From a virus (Duplodnaviria; Caudoviricetes): 55,754 nt of DNA. The position numbers and the translations under genes were made by a program. Each line of letters starts with the position of its first letter. Positions within the stretch are counted from its first letter, which is position 1. This document shows positions 49,139-55,754 of the stretch, piece after piece. The notes below the pieces were generated by a model, which saw only the letters and a program-made list of their open reading frames with translations, did no database searches and had not been told where the DNA came from. The stretch lies in the IMG/VR virus record IMGVR_UViG_3300033146_000323, positions 1 to 55,754 of that record; one strand, written 5' to 3'.

Positions 49139-49609
49139 TTACCAAAGTGCTATAATGTCCGAACAGGTTGTTCCTGTATCCTGAACAGAACTTATCATTA
49201 TTGGAATGAATGAAGCATTTGCTAAATTCGTTAACTGAACTAAATCACCACCTACTGTTTTAATTGCAAGTGTACCACCCGTTCCTACGAATAGTACAGG
49301 ACCTTCACTATTGTTGGTATTGTATACCGCATAGCCGTTAGGGTCTGCAAGAAAAATATCTTCAGATAAAGTCAACACTGTTTCTTGAACCTGTAAAACT
49401 GTTGCAGTTAAATTGGTTGTAGTGTTATAAACTGTAGCACCGGGAATAACTTTGCCTCTAAAATCTCCACTGTTTGAGTCTTCTAAAAGACCTGCAGCTA
49501 CCGCATCGTTTGTACCCGAAGCAACCAAATCTGAAGGAGATGGCACAATAACGTCATCGTTTGGGAAAACGTTAATAGCTCTTCTACCTTGTAATTTTTG
49601 ATATGCCAT
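49139..49609 (-). CDS. putative structural protein
   Basis: LFVGTGG...FIPI...TGTT.SDIIALW. Confidence 0.6.
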   Translation of the reverse strand: MAYQKLQGRRAINVFPNDDVIVPSPSDLVASGTNDAVAAGLLEDSNSGDFRGKVIPGATVYNTTTNLTATVLQVQETVLTLSEDIFLADPNGYAVYNTNNSEGPVLFVGTGGTLAIKTVGGDLVQLTNLANASFIPIMISSVQDTGTTCSDIIALW

Positions 49610-49611
49610 AA

Positions 49612-49779
49612 TTAATCTCTGTAAGGAATTAATCTATTTAAGGAATCACGTCTCTTATCGCAGCCACAGTCTTTCCCTACTTTTTTTGAGACTGTATCTA
49701 CTACTGACTTGATACCTGTCAATCGTGTTACTTTAGCAACAGTGTCACCAAAGCCTCGTGATTTTTCATTTAACTTCAT
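49612..49779 (-). CDS. small protein (55 aa, GFGDTVAK...DCGCDKRR)
   Basis: Read manually; ATGA overlap. Confidence 0.65.
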   Translation of the reverse strand: MKLNEKSRGFGDTVAKVTRLTGIKSVVDTVSKKVGKDCGCDKRRDSLNRLIPYRD

Positions 49780-49913
49780 TTGCAAGTACACATTTTATTT
49801 GGACAAGATGCCACGTTAAATAATAACTTGCTTATTAGCCAATTCCATTTGCATTGGAACTTACACCAAATGCCTTGCATCCATAGTCCGACTTTAACTA
49901 ATAACTTTCCCAT
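49776..49913 (-). CDS. Trp/Cys-rich amphipathic peptide (45 aa)
   Basis: Read manually: MGKLLVKVGLWMQGIWCKFQCKWNWLISKLLFNVASCPNKMCTCK; translationally coupled on both sides. Confidence 0.6.
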   Translation of the reverse strand: MGKLLVKVGLWMQGIWCKFQCKWNWLISKLLFNVASCPNKMCTCK

Positions 49914-50119
49914 TACTTCTTAATGAGTTTGCCTAAATGACCGTGTACATCACTTGGGTAGTGCTTATCCATATGATGGTCTCCACTGTAAGCGTGACCT
50001 GTCATAGCTTTTGCCATTCCCTTTGACTCGTCTCTTCTACTCTTCATAGATTGAGATTTAGCACCTCTGTGCTTCATTCCAATAGACTCATCAAGTCTGT
50101 CGTTGTAACCTTGTTTCAT
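49913..50119 (-). CDS. small basic His-rich protein (MKQGYNDRLDE...)
   Basis: Start at ATG 50119 within ORF 49913..50155. Confidence 0.65.
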   Translation of the reverse strand: MKQGYNDRLDESIGMKHRGAKSQSMKSRRDESKGMAKAMTGHAYSGDHHMDKHYPSDVHGHLGKLIKK

Positions 50120-50123
50120 AACA

Positions 50124-50315
50124 TTAGTTTTTACTGCAGCCAAAGTTCTTAGCAAAATTTGCCATCTTGACTACATTGGGTTTATACTTATTTTTACGTC
50201 TCATTACTGCTGACGCTGCAGCACAAACTGATTTACCCGGCATATTCTTTTTTGCCCAATCAGTAAATTTTCCTTCGTTGGCTTTTTTAATTTCTATATC
50301 CGCTTTCTTTGCCAT
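50124..50315 (-). CDS. small basic protein (MAKKADIEIKK...ANFAKN)
   Basis: Start at ATG 50315 within ORF 50124..50471. Confidence 0.65.
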   Translation of the reverse strand: MAKKADIEIKKANEGKFTDWAKKNMPGKSVCAAASAVMRRKNKYKPNVVKMANFAKNFGCSKN

Positions 50316-50319
50316 AACC

Positions 50320-50862
50320 TTAGATTGTAATTCTGTTAAAAATGAAATACACATCATATCCTTGGTCAAAATCATAAATGTCTTGAGGTGTAGATGCAAC
50401 TGATTGGTCAAGGTCAATTCCCGTAAGAATAATCTGATTAGTACCACCAAACGATAATACAGTGGCTCCAAATAATTCTACACCATTAGAAAGTGTAGCT
50501 CCAACTCCTTCTTGACTTGTTTGACACCAACTATAAATTCCATTAGCCTCATCTCTCAATGCTCCTCCTGTAACTGTAGCAATAGCTTGGTTATTACCAT
50601 TACCTGCTGATGCCCAAGAAAAACTTAGACCTGTGTCATTGTGAAGTTCATCAACATCTGTTAACGTATCACCTGACATTTGCAGCTTAACGATATATTG
50701 CTTGTAAGCCAAACCTCCACCTGAAGAAGCTCCAACCGTGTCGATAATGTCTTGCATTGTGAAAGACTTTCTACGAGAGTTGGCTTGTGCCGAGCCTTTG
50801 TTTGAGGTATCTACACTTCCTGCTTGAGTATGAAACTGTTGACTATTTGGAATTATTGCCAT
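50320..50862 (-). CDS. putative structural protein
   Basis: ORF with its own -7 element. Confidence 0.6.
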   Translation of the reverse strand: MAIIPNSQQFHTQAGSVDTSNKGSAQANSRRKSFTMQDIIDTVGASSGGGLAYKQYIVKLQMSGDTLTDVDELHNDTGLSFSWASAGNGNNQAIATVTGGALRDEANGIYSWCQTSQEGVGATLSNGVELFGATVLSFGGTNQIILTGIDLDQSVASTPQDIYDFDQGYDVYFIFNRITI

Positions 50863-50891
50863 AATTTACTTTTTTATATTTTACAAAGATA

Positions 50892-51182
50892 CTAATATTT
50901 TCCTTTTCTATTTTTCGGACTTGACTTCTTAGAACCGCCCTTTCCTGCCCATAGATTCTTACAAGCCCAATACCTTGCAGTTAGTTTTGATTTAGCAGTT
51001 CCACATTTGTGTCGAGCTCTAAAAGATTTACGTGCTGCTGCAGAGTAGTTGTGACCGTAACCCTTTGCACCAAAGTGAATTAGTTTTTCTTTACCACCTT
51101 CACAGGCTTTTACCATTCTCTTTTTGCCGGGTCTGTCGCTTGGTCTAACGACATTACATTTCATCTTACTCTTATCAGCCAT
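50892..51182 (-). CDS. basic protein (IHFGAKGY...SFRARH...ARYWA)
   Basis: Lys/Arg-rich ORF. Confidence 0.7.
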   Translation of the reverse strand: MADKSKMKCNVVRPSDRPGKKRMVKACEGGKEKLIHFGAKGYGHNYSAAARKSFRARHKCGTAKSKLTARYWACKNLWAGKGGSKKSSPKNRKGKY

Positions 51183-51436
51183 TACCTTTTTGTAAATCGT
51201 TTTGTTACTCTACCTGCTTTTGTGTTGGCTACAACTGTTTTACCTTTTGCACCTGCACGTTTCTTTTTACGAGCAGTTCTTGCTCGTTCAGCTTTAGTCA
51301 TTGACTTAGCTTTAGCTAAAGGCAAACAACGGTCCGGGTTCTTTTTATTCTTGCTTGTTCCACAAGCACCCTTAATAGAACCATCAAGTCCTATACGGAC
51401 CCACTTCTCCTCTCGCCACTTTTTTAACTCACCCAT
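51182..51436 (-). CDS. basic protein (LKKW.EEKWV...RCLP)
   Basis: Lys/Arg-rich ORF with TAATG overlaps. Confidence 0.7.
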   Translation of the reverse strand: MGELKKWREEKWVRIGLDGSIKGACGTSKNKKNPDRCLPLAKAKSMTKAERARTARKKKRAGAKGKTVVANTKAGRVTKRFTKR

Positions 51437-51591
51437 TAATATCCGCTTGAATATCTATTCGGATTGTTTTTGATTGAACCTCCCATTGTTTTGGCAAACT
51501 CAACTGCTTGAGCTTTACCTACTGCGTTGTAAGGGAAAGTTCTTTTTTTCATTTTTCCTGTGTCTCCACACTTGTAACTAACTGTTGGCAT
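51436..51591 (-). CDS. small basic protein (51 aa, MPTVSYKCG...FPYNAVGK)
   Basis: Read manually. Confidence 0.6.
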   Translation of the reverse strand: MPTVSYKCGDTGKMKKRTFPYNAVGKAQAVEFAKTMGGSIKNNPNRYSSGY

Positions 51592-51593
51592 AA

Positions 51594-51707
51594 TTATTTA
51601 TTTTTCTTTTTACGTTTCTTTAATACATCAAAGTCTGCCTTTGTGATTTTATCAAAAGGCATAGCGGCTCTTGCAATCTTGCGTTGCTTTTTACTTAGCT
51701 TACTCAT
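51594..51707 (-). CDS. tiny basic protein (37 aa, MSKLSKKQRKIA...ITKADF)
   Basis: Read manually; ATGA overlap. Confidence 0.6.
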   Translation of the reverse strand: MSKLSKKQRKIARAAMPFDKITKADFDVLKKRKKKNK

Positions 51708-51886
51708 TTCTTTTTCTTTTTATCACGTTCCTCTCTCATCTTCCTAAGTCTATCTACTTCTTTCTTATACTCCTCTTCATTTAGACCATCGAATCTACCG
51801 CCTTGTATAGGAAACTCTGTTTCCTCGTATACAGGTTTCTGAACGTATTTAAATTTTCTTTTTTGCCCTTTGCCTAATTTGCTCAT
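51704..51886 (-). CDS. small basic protein (60 aa)
   Basis: ORF track; coupled overlaps. Confidence 0.6.
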   Translation of the reverse strand: MSKLGKGQKRKFKYVQKPVYEETEFPIQGGRFDGLNEEEYKKEVDRLRKMREERDKKKKK

Positions 51887-51999
51887 TTCTTTTTCTTCAT
51901 TGATTTGATGAGACGGTCAATCTTACCTGCCTGAGCTTTGTGCATAGCAGATGCTTTTTTTAGTTGACTTGAAATCTCTCTTAATTTTTTTGCGTCCAT
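51883..51999 (-). CDS. tiny basic protein (38 aa, MDAKKLREISSQLKKASAMHKAQA...)
   Basis: Read manually; TAATG and ATGA overlaps. Confidence 0.6.
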   Translation of the reverse strand: MDAKKLREISSQLKKASAMHKAQAGKIDRLIKSMKKKK

Positions 52000-52160
52000 T
52001 ACTTTTTTCCTTTAGCACCCTTTGCGTAGTTAGGGTCTTTACAATATTTACTTGCAGCCATATTTGCATAGGCTGATGGATAGGTGTCGAAAGTTCTTTT
52101 TGCCCAAGCAATCCCTGCCGGACAAATCTTGTTCCCTTTCTTTTTTCTCTTCCTTGCCAT
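51999..52160 (-). CDS. small basic protein (53 aa, KICPAGIAWAKRTFDTYPSAYAN)
   Basis: Read manually; first gene after the -7 element at 52178. Confidence 0.65.
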   Translation of the reverse strand: MARKRKKKGNKICPAGIAWAKRTFDTYPSAYANMAASKYCKDPNYAKGAKGKK

Positions 52161-52167
52161 AAATTTT

Positions 52168-52185
52168 TATCTTTGTACAAAGTTA
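52168..52185. promoter_or_regulatory. pair of oppositely oriented -7 promoter elements 2 bp apart
   Basis: TATCTTTG-TA-CAAAGTTA; the core CTTTGTACAAAG is a perfect palindrome. Confidence 0.65.
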
Positions 52186-52206
52186 AGAATTTTAATCTAT
52201 TATATT

Positions 52207-52641
52207 TTGAGCTCTGACTATCTCAAATATTGGCGAGTAATACGTCAATACATCAAAGTAAAGTACGGACTTACACAGTCCGACCTTGACATACTTTTGT
52301 TTCTAAATACAGAAGGGTACTTTGATAAAGACAAATTCTTAGAGTTTGATAGAATCCTGTCTTGGGATGAGCAGAGGTTTGACAATCTGCTACGGGATGG
52401 TTGGATAGAGGTTTTCAGAAAACGAAAAGGAAAAACAAAAGGACTATATATGTTATCATACAAATCCAAAAGAGTTATAACCTCTATATATAAAAAACTC
52501 AATGGGGAAGAAATACCTACTTCGCCATCTCAGAATCGAATGTTTCTAAAGAATGTTTCTTATACCGACAAAAGATATCGGGAAGCTATAGAAAATATGA
52601 ATAGCTTTATAAGACAACAACGACATCTCTCTCCTGAATAA
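52207..52641 (+). CDS. winged-helix (MarR-like) DNA-binding protein
   Basis: YGLTQSDLDILLFL...LLRDGWIE...YMLSYK; likely TTG start at 52207; the only convincing + strand CDS in the late region. Confidence 0.6.
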   Translation: MSSDYLKYWRVIRQYIKVKYGLTQSDLDILLFLNTEGYFDKDKFLEFDRILSWDEQRFDNLLRDGWIEVFRKRKGKTKGLYMLSYKSKRVITSIYKKLNGEEIPTSPSQNRMFLKNVSYTDKRYREAIENMNSFIRQQRHLSPE

Positions 52642-52867
52642 TCGTACAGGATTCGCCATTGATTACAAGAGTATAACATTGTCTTGTGTCATAATAAACG
52701 ATATCATCTTTTTTTAGGTAATCAGATACATCAGAACCTGATAAAACTATTTTACCTTTTTGATATCTAAAGTCTTTCACATCATCATTAGATAGTAGTA
52801 GTCCACTTTCAGTGGTAATCTCTTCATCAATCTTTTCGATGATTATGTTTTTCCCTATTGCTCTCAT
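52607..52867 (-). CDS. groES: co-chaperonin GroES
   Basis: TTESGLLL mobile loop, GKIV..G, KKDDIV, IIQERDV. Confidence 0.85.
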   Translation of the reverse strand: MRAIGKNIIIEKIDEEITTESGLLLSNDDVKDFRYQKGKIVLSGSDVSDYLKKDDIVYYDTRQCYTLVINGESCTIIQERDVVVVL

Positions 52868-52964
52868 TTACAATTTTTCTTACTTCCCCACCAAGCTCTT
52901 GGTCGTTTGGGAATATTCTACTTAAATGTTTTATTAGTCCCGATGTTAGTTTTCTCTTTCTCAT
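52827..52964 (-). CDS. small protein (45 aa, FPNDQELGGEVRK)
   Basis: Read manually; fills the gap before groES. Confidence 0.45.
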   Translation of the reverse strand: MRKRKLTSGLIKHLSRIFPNDQELGGEVRKIVNESNREKHNHRKD

Positions 52965-53106
52965 CTTTTTTGTATTCTCCTTGTTTGTAGACAACATAGT
53001 CATTCTCTCTCAACAAAGATATTGCTTCTTTGATTTTCTTTTCTTTTTGTCTGAACGCATCAAATACAGGACTTTCTATTGGATAATCCATATTATTGGG
53101 TTTCAT
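52918..53106 (-). CDS. hypothetical protein
   Basis: ORF overlapping the groEL stop. Confidence 0.55.
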   Translation of the reverse strand: MKPNNMDYPIESPVFDAFRQKEKKIKEAISLLRENDYVVYKQGEYKKDEKEKTNIGTNKTFK

Positions 53107-54700
53107 AGCTACGTGCCATAGTCACGATAGCATTGGTTGATAATATAGTAACGGCTACTGATACTGCATTTTGCAGAGCTTGTCTTGTAACTTTCACAGG
53201 GTCTATGACTCCGAGTGTCATCAAGTATCCGTACTTCTCGTTTTTTACATCGTATCCATACAATGCACCCTTACAATCTTTATAGATTTCATCAGCATCC
53301 TTTCCTGCATTCTCTAAGATTTGGTATAGCGGTGCCTTAAGAGTTTCTGCCAAAACTGCGTAAGCAGTTTTTTTTGCGGAATTTTTTTCACCTGCTGCCT
53401 TAACGGTATAGCTTTTGTGAAGGTTGTACAAGGTGAGTCCACCTCCGGGAAGTATACCTTCCTCAAGTGCAGAACGCACTGCACAGACCGCATCATCTAC
53501 TCTATCGTACAGTTCTTTTTGTTCGAGGTCTGTGTTTCCTCCAACATATACAACTCCGATTCCACCTGACAATGAAGCTATCCTTTGATTGATAAACTCC
53601 TTGTCTTCTTTCTTCTTAGTATTTTTATGAGCATCTTGTAATTGAGCTACTCGCTCCATCACTTCCTCAGTATTTTCTTTTTCATCTTTAACGATGACCG
53701 TTGAGTCACGGCTAACTATCACCTTAGCACAGTGACCCAAATCTTCGAACTTAATCAAACTCAAGTCATCGCCTGTCTTTTCGCTAAAGTATGTAGCACC
53801 AACACTAACCGCAATATCCTGCATCAACTCGTGTTGTCTGTAACCAAAGTCCGGTGGGTTGATTGTACAAATCTTCAAACCGTTCTTCATTACATTGGCT
53901 GCTAAGGTATTTGTTACGTTTTGAGAACAGGGAGCAATCATTAGTAGTTTCTTGCCTTCTGATATAATTGGTTTCAGAATATTCTCAATCTGTAGTATGT
54001 TGTTTATCTCGGTGTCACATACAAGTACATAAGTGTCTTCGAAGACACACTCGTCTCTTTTTTGGTCATTGATAAATAGGGTAGAAGCATATCCTCTTTT
54101 TACTTTGATACCCTTTGTGGTTTCGTAATATGTAGATGAGGTTTTACTTTTCTCAACTGTTACTACACCATCTTTACCAACGCTTTCGTATACATCTGCT
54201 ATGATACCTCCGACCTGTGGGTCGTTATTCGCAGATATAATGGCAACGTCACGAAGTCTCTTTTCGTCTAACTTCTTGCCTTTAATTTTTAATTGCTTTC
54301 CAATTGATTTCGTCTCACTAACTAAATGTCGCAAGACTTCTGTTCTATTGGTATCCTCTGTGATGAGGTCTGTTCCTGCATCAACCATTGCTTCAGCCAA
54401 CACGATTGCAGTAGTAGTTCCGTCACCTGCGGAGGATGCCGTTCTATCTGCTGCTTCTTTCATCATACGGACCGCAAGGTTTTCTACAGGGTCTAATAAT
54501 GAAATAGATTTAGCTACTGTTACACCATCTTTAGTTACGGTTATACCGTGAAGGTGTTCGGGTGATTCAATAAGTACAGTGTTACCTCGTGGTCCTAATG
54601 TAGATTTAACTGCTTGAGCAATTGTTTTTATACCACTAATTAGTTTGTTACGACCTTCATCCGAGAAATGAAGTTCTTTTGGAGTGAATCCTTGTTGCAT
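53093..54700 (-). CDS. groEL: chaperonin GroEL
   Basis: TLGPRG, VTKDGVTVA, AGDGTTTA, EEGILPGGG, GVIDPVKV; start at ATG 54700; no GGM tail. Confidence 0.95.
   Translation of the reverse strand: MQQGFTPKELHFSDEGRNKLISGIKTIAQAVKSTLGPRGNTVLIESPEHLHGITVTKDGVTVAKSISLLDPVENLAVRMMKEAADRTASSAGDGTTTAIVLAEAMVDAGTDLITEDTNRTEVLRHLVSETKSIGKQLKIKGKKLDEKRLRDVAIISANNDPQVGGIIADVYESVGKDGVVTVEKSKTSSTYYETTKGIKVKRGYASTLFINDQKRDECVFEDTYVLVCDTEINNILQIENILKPIISEGKKLLMIAPCSQNVTNTLAANVMKNGLKICTINPPDFGYRQHELMQDIAVSVGATYFSEKTGDDLSLIKFEDLGHCAKVIVSRDSTVIVKDEKENTEEVMERVAQLQDAHKNTKKKEDKEFINQRIASLSGGIGVVYVGGNTDLEQKELYDRVDDAVCAVRSALEEGILPGGGLTLYNLHKSYTVKAAGEKNSAKKTAYAVLAETLKAPLYQILENAGKDADEIYKDCKGALYGYDVKNEKYGYLMTLGVIDPVKVTRQALQNAVSVAVTILSTNAIVTMARSYETQ
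54033..54048. repeat. 16-bp palindrome copy (in groEL, V-F-E-D-T)
   Basis: GTGTCTTCGAAGACAC (perfect palindrome). Confidence 0.95.
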
Positions 54701-54828
54701 AATGTATTCAATTTGATTATATATGCAAAGATAAAAAATAAATCTAAATAAATATGACAAGAAATCTATTCCCTATACTACTACTACTCTCCTCCTATTA
54801 TATATCTTTACTTCATATGGGAGGCTTC

Positions 54829-54942
54829 AAACTTAACATTTCAACATATTTTTTTCTAACTGATTGATAATCAATAAGTTAATCTAATAAAAGTCAACAT
54901 AAAGTCAACATAAACTTAACATATATAAAAAAAACTTAACAC
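54829..54942. other. origin-like locus B: 11-bp iterons and a double IHF-consensus site
   Basis: AAACTTAACAT at 54829; TAACTGATTGATAATCAATAAGTTA 54857-54881; AAAGTCAACAT x2 plus AAACTTAACAT 54890-54922; AAACTTAACAC at 54932. Confidence 0.55.
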
Positions 54943-55014
54943 CTCTATAGCTCAATTGGATAGAGCAATAGCCTTCTAAGCTATCGGTTTCAGGTTCGAG
55001 TCCTGATAGGGGTA
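54941..55014 (+). tRNA. tRNA-Arg(UCU)
   Basis: Acceptor ACCTCTA/TAGGGGT; D-arm GCTC...GAGC; anticodon arm ATAGC-CTTCTAA-GCTAT; T-arm TCAGG-TTCGAGT-CCTGA; CCA not encoded. Confidence 0.92.
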
Positions 55015-55015
55015 C

Positions 55016-55046
55016 AAAAAAAAGAGGGACTTAGGTCCCTCTTCTT
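55016..55046. terminator. probably bidirectional terminator between the tRNA and the 67-aa gene
   Basis: A8-GAGGGAC-TTAG-GTCCCTC-TTCTT. Confidence 0.75.
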
Positions 55047-55080
55047 CATCAAACATCAAACACTATAATCGTAGACACAC

Positions 55081-55284
55081 TTATAGTTTCTTAAAAAGGT
55101 CAATGTTAGCATTTGCAAGTTCATTACCTTCAGCTATCATTCTAACCTTTTTGGCTCTCTTGAGATTCCTTCTCATCTCAGCCAATTTTGTGATTCCCAT
55201 TTCAGGAGATGGAGCCATATTGATTAGCCTACCATCTTTGATTGTATATCCTTGTTCAGCAGGACTTCCTTTATAATACTCCAT
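55081..55284 (-). CDS. hypothetical protein (67 aa)
   Basis: ORF with upstream -7 element (55315) and downstream terminator. Confidence 0.7.
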   Translation of the reverse strand: MEYYKGSPAEQGYTIKDGRLINMAPSPEMGITKLAEMRRNLKRAKKVRMIAEGNELANANIDLFKKL

Positions 55285-55560
55285 AGCAATTCTTTTTTTA
55301 GTTGTTACCTGTTACAAAGGTAATAAATTTTTTTAGATAGCTATATTATTTAGGCTCCCCCCCACCCCACGTGCACGACCCCCAAACCGAAAGCCGTTTT
55401 TTTTTGCAGGGGGGGGTTGTCGTTTTGTATCTGCGGTTCTGATTTTTTTGGCTTTTTTTCTGCTACCTGTTGGTTCCCTGTAGCGGTTCCCTCTTCCCCT
55501 CTTCCCCTCTTCCGTTCTACGATTTTGTTACCCCTGTTAACCTTCCCCTTACCCTGTAAC

Positions 55561-55576
55561 GTGTCTTTAAAGACAC
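55561..55576. repeat. 16-bp palindrome copy (non-coding right end)
   Basis: GTGTCTTTAAAGACAC (perfect palindrome). Confidence 0.95.
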
Positions 55577-55754
55577 AGACAAAGAGAAATACTCTTTAAC
55601 CCCTCGACCACATTTTTAAGACCATACAAACCACAGGGAACAGATTCTGCGTAACTGCTTGTAACAGAAGAGAAAGACAGAAATTAGACATTGAATGAAA
55701 AAAAATAAAAGAAAACGTTTGTGGGAATGCAGAAAAAGACTATATTTACAAAAG

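Noticed and set aside
14117-51747. Many + strand ORFs antisense to structural genes, and - strand ORFs in the early region
   Set aside because: Shadow ORFs overlapping real genes, with no motifs or promoter context
55417-55599. 60-aa ORF at the right end
   Set aside because: TTG start inside low-complexity tracts; composition reflects the repeats

Overview
Most of a lytic-looking tailed dsDNA phage genome, most likely a podovirus of marine Bacteroidota (Flavobacteria). The host call rests on TTTG-N20-TANNTTTG promoters, A-rich leaders without Shine-Dalgarno sequences, and a BT4734/VirE-type primase. Positions 1-12.1 kb (+ strand) hold early and replication genes: a GATase-GGCT fusion, two stand-alone DnaA domain-IV proteins, an annealase/exonuclease/SSB cluster, a primase-helicase, an SNF2 helicase, a VRR-NUC nuclease and an HNH protein. 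Positions 12.1-55.3 kb (- strand) hold GroEL/GroES, a cluster of tiny basic proteins, lysis genes, tail fibre, terminase, portal, scaffold, major capsid, tail genes and three internal virion proteins, one of 3199 aa. There is also a tRNA-Arg(UCU). I recognised no DNA polymerase, integrase or cas genes. The strongest unexplained signal is a 16-bp palindrome, GTGTCTTYRAAGACAC, found 12 times exactly and once with one mismatch. It sits in all three reading frames of unrelated genes and is concentrated in the early region. Other notable signals: an intergenic type III hammerhead-like ribozyme next to one palindrome copy, two distant origin-like loci sharing 11-bp iterons and IHF-like sites, a tandem double-GroES-like gene, and two reading-frame breaks (GATase 5' end and the tail nozzle gene). 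All product calls come from motif recognition by eye; no database search was run.
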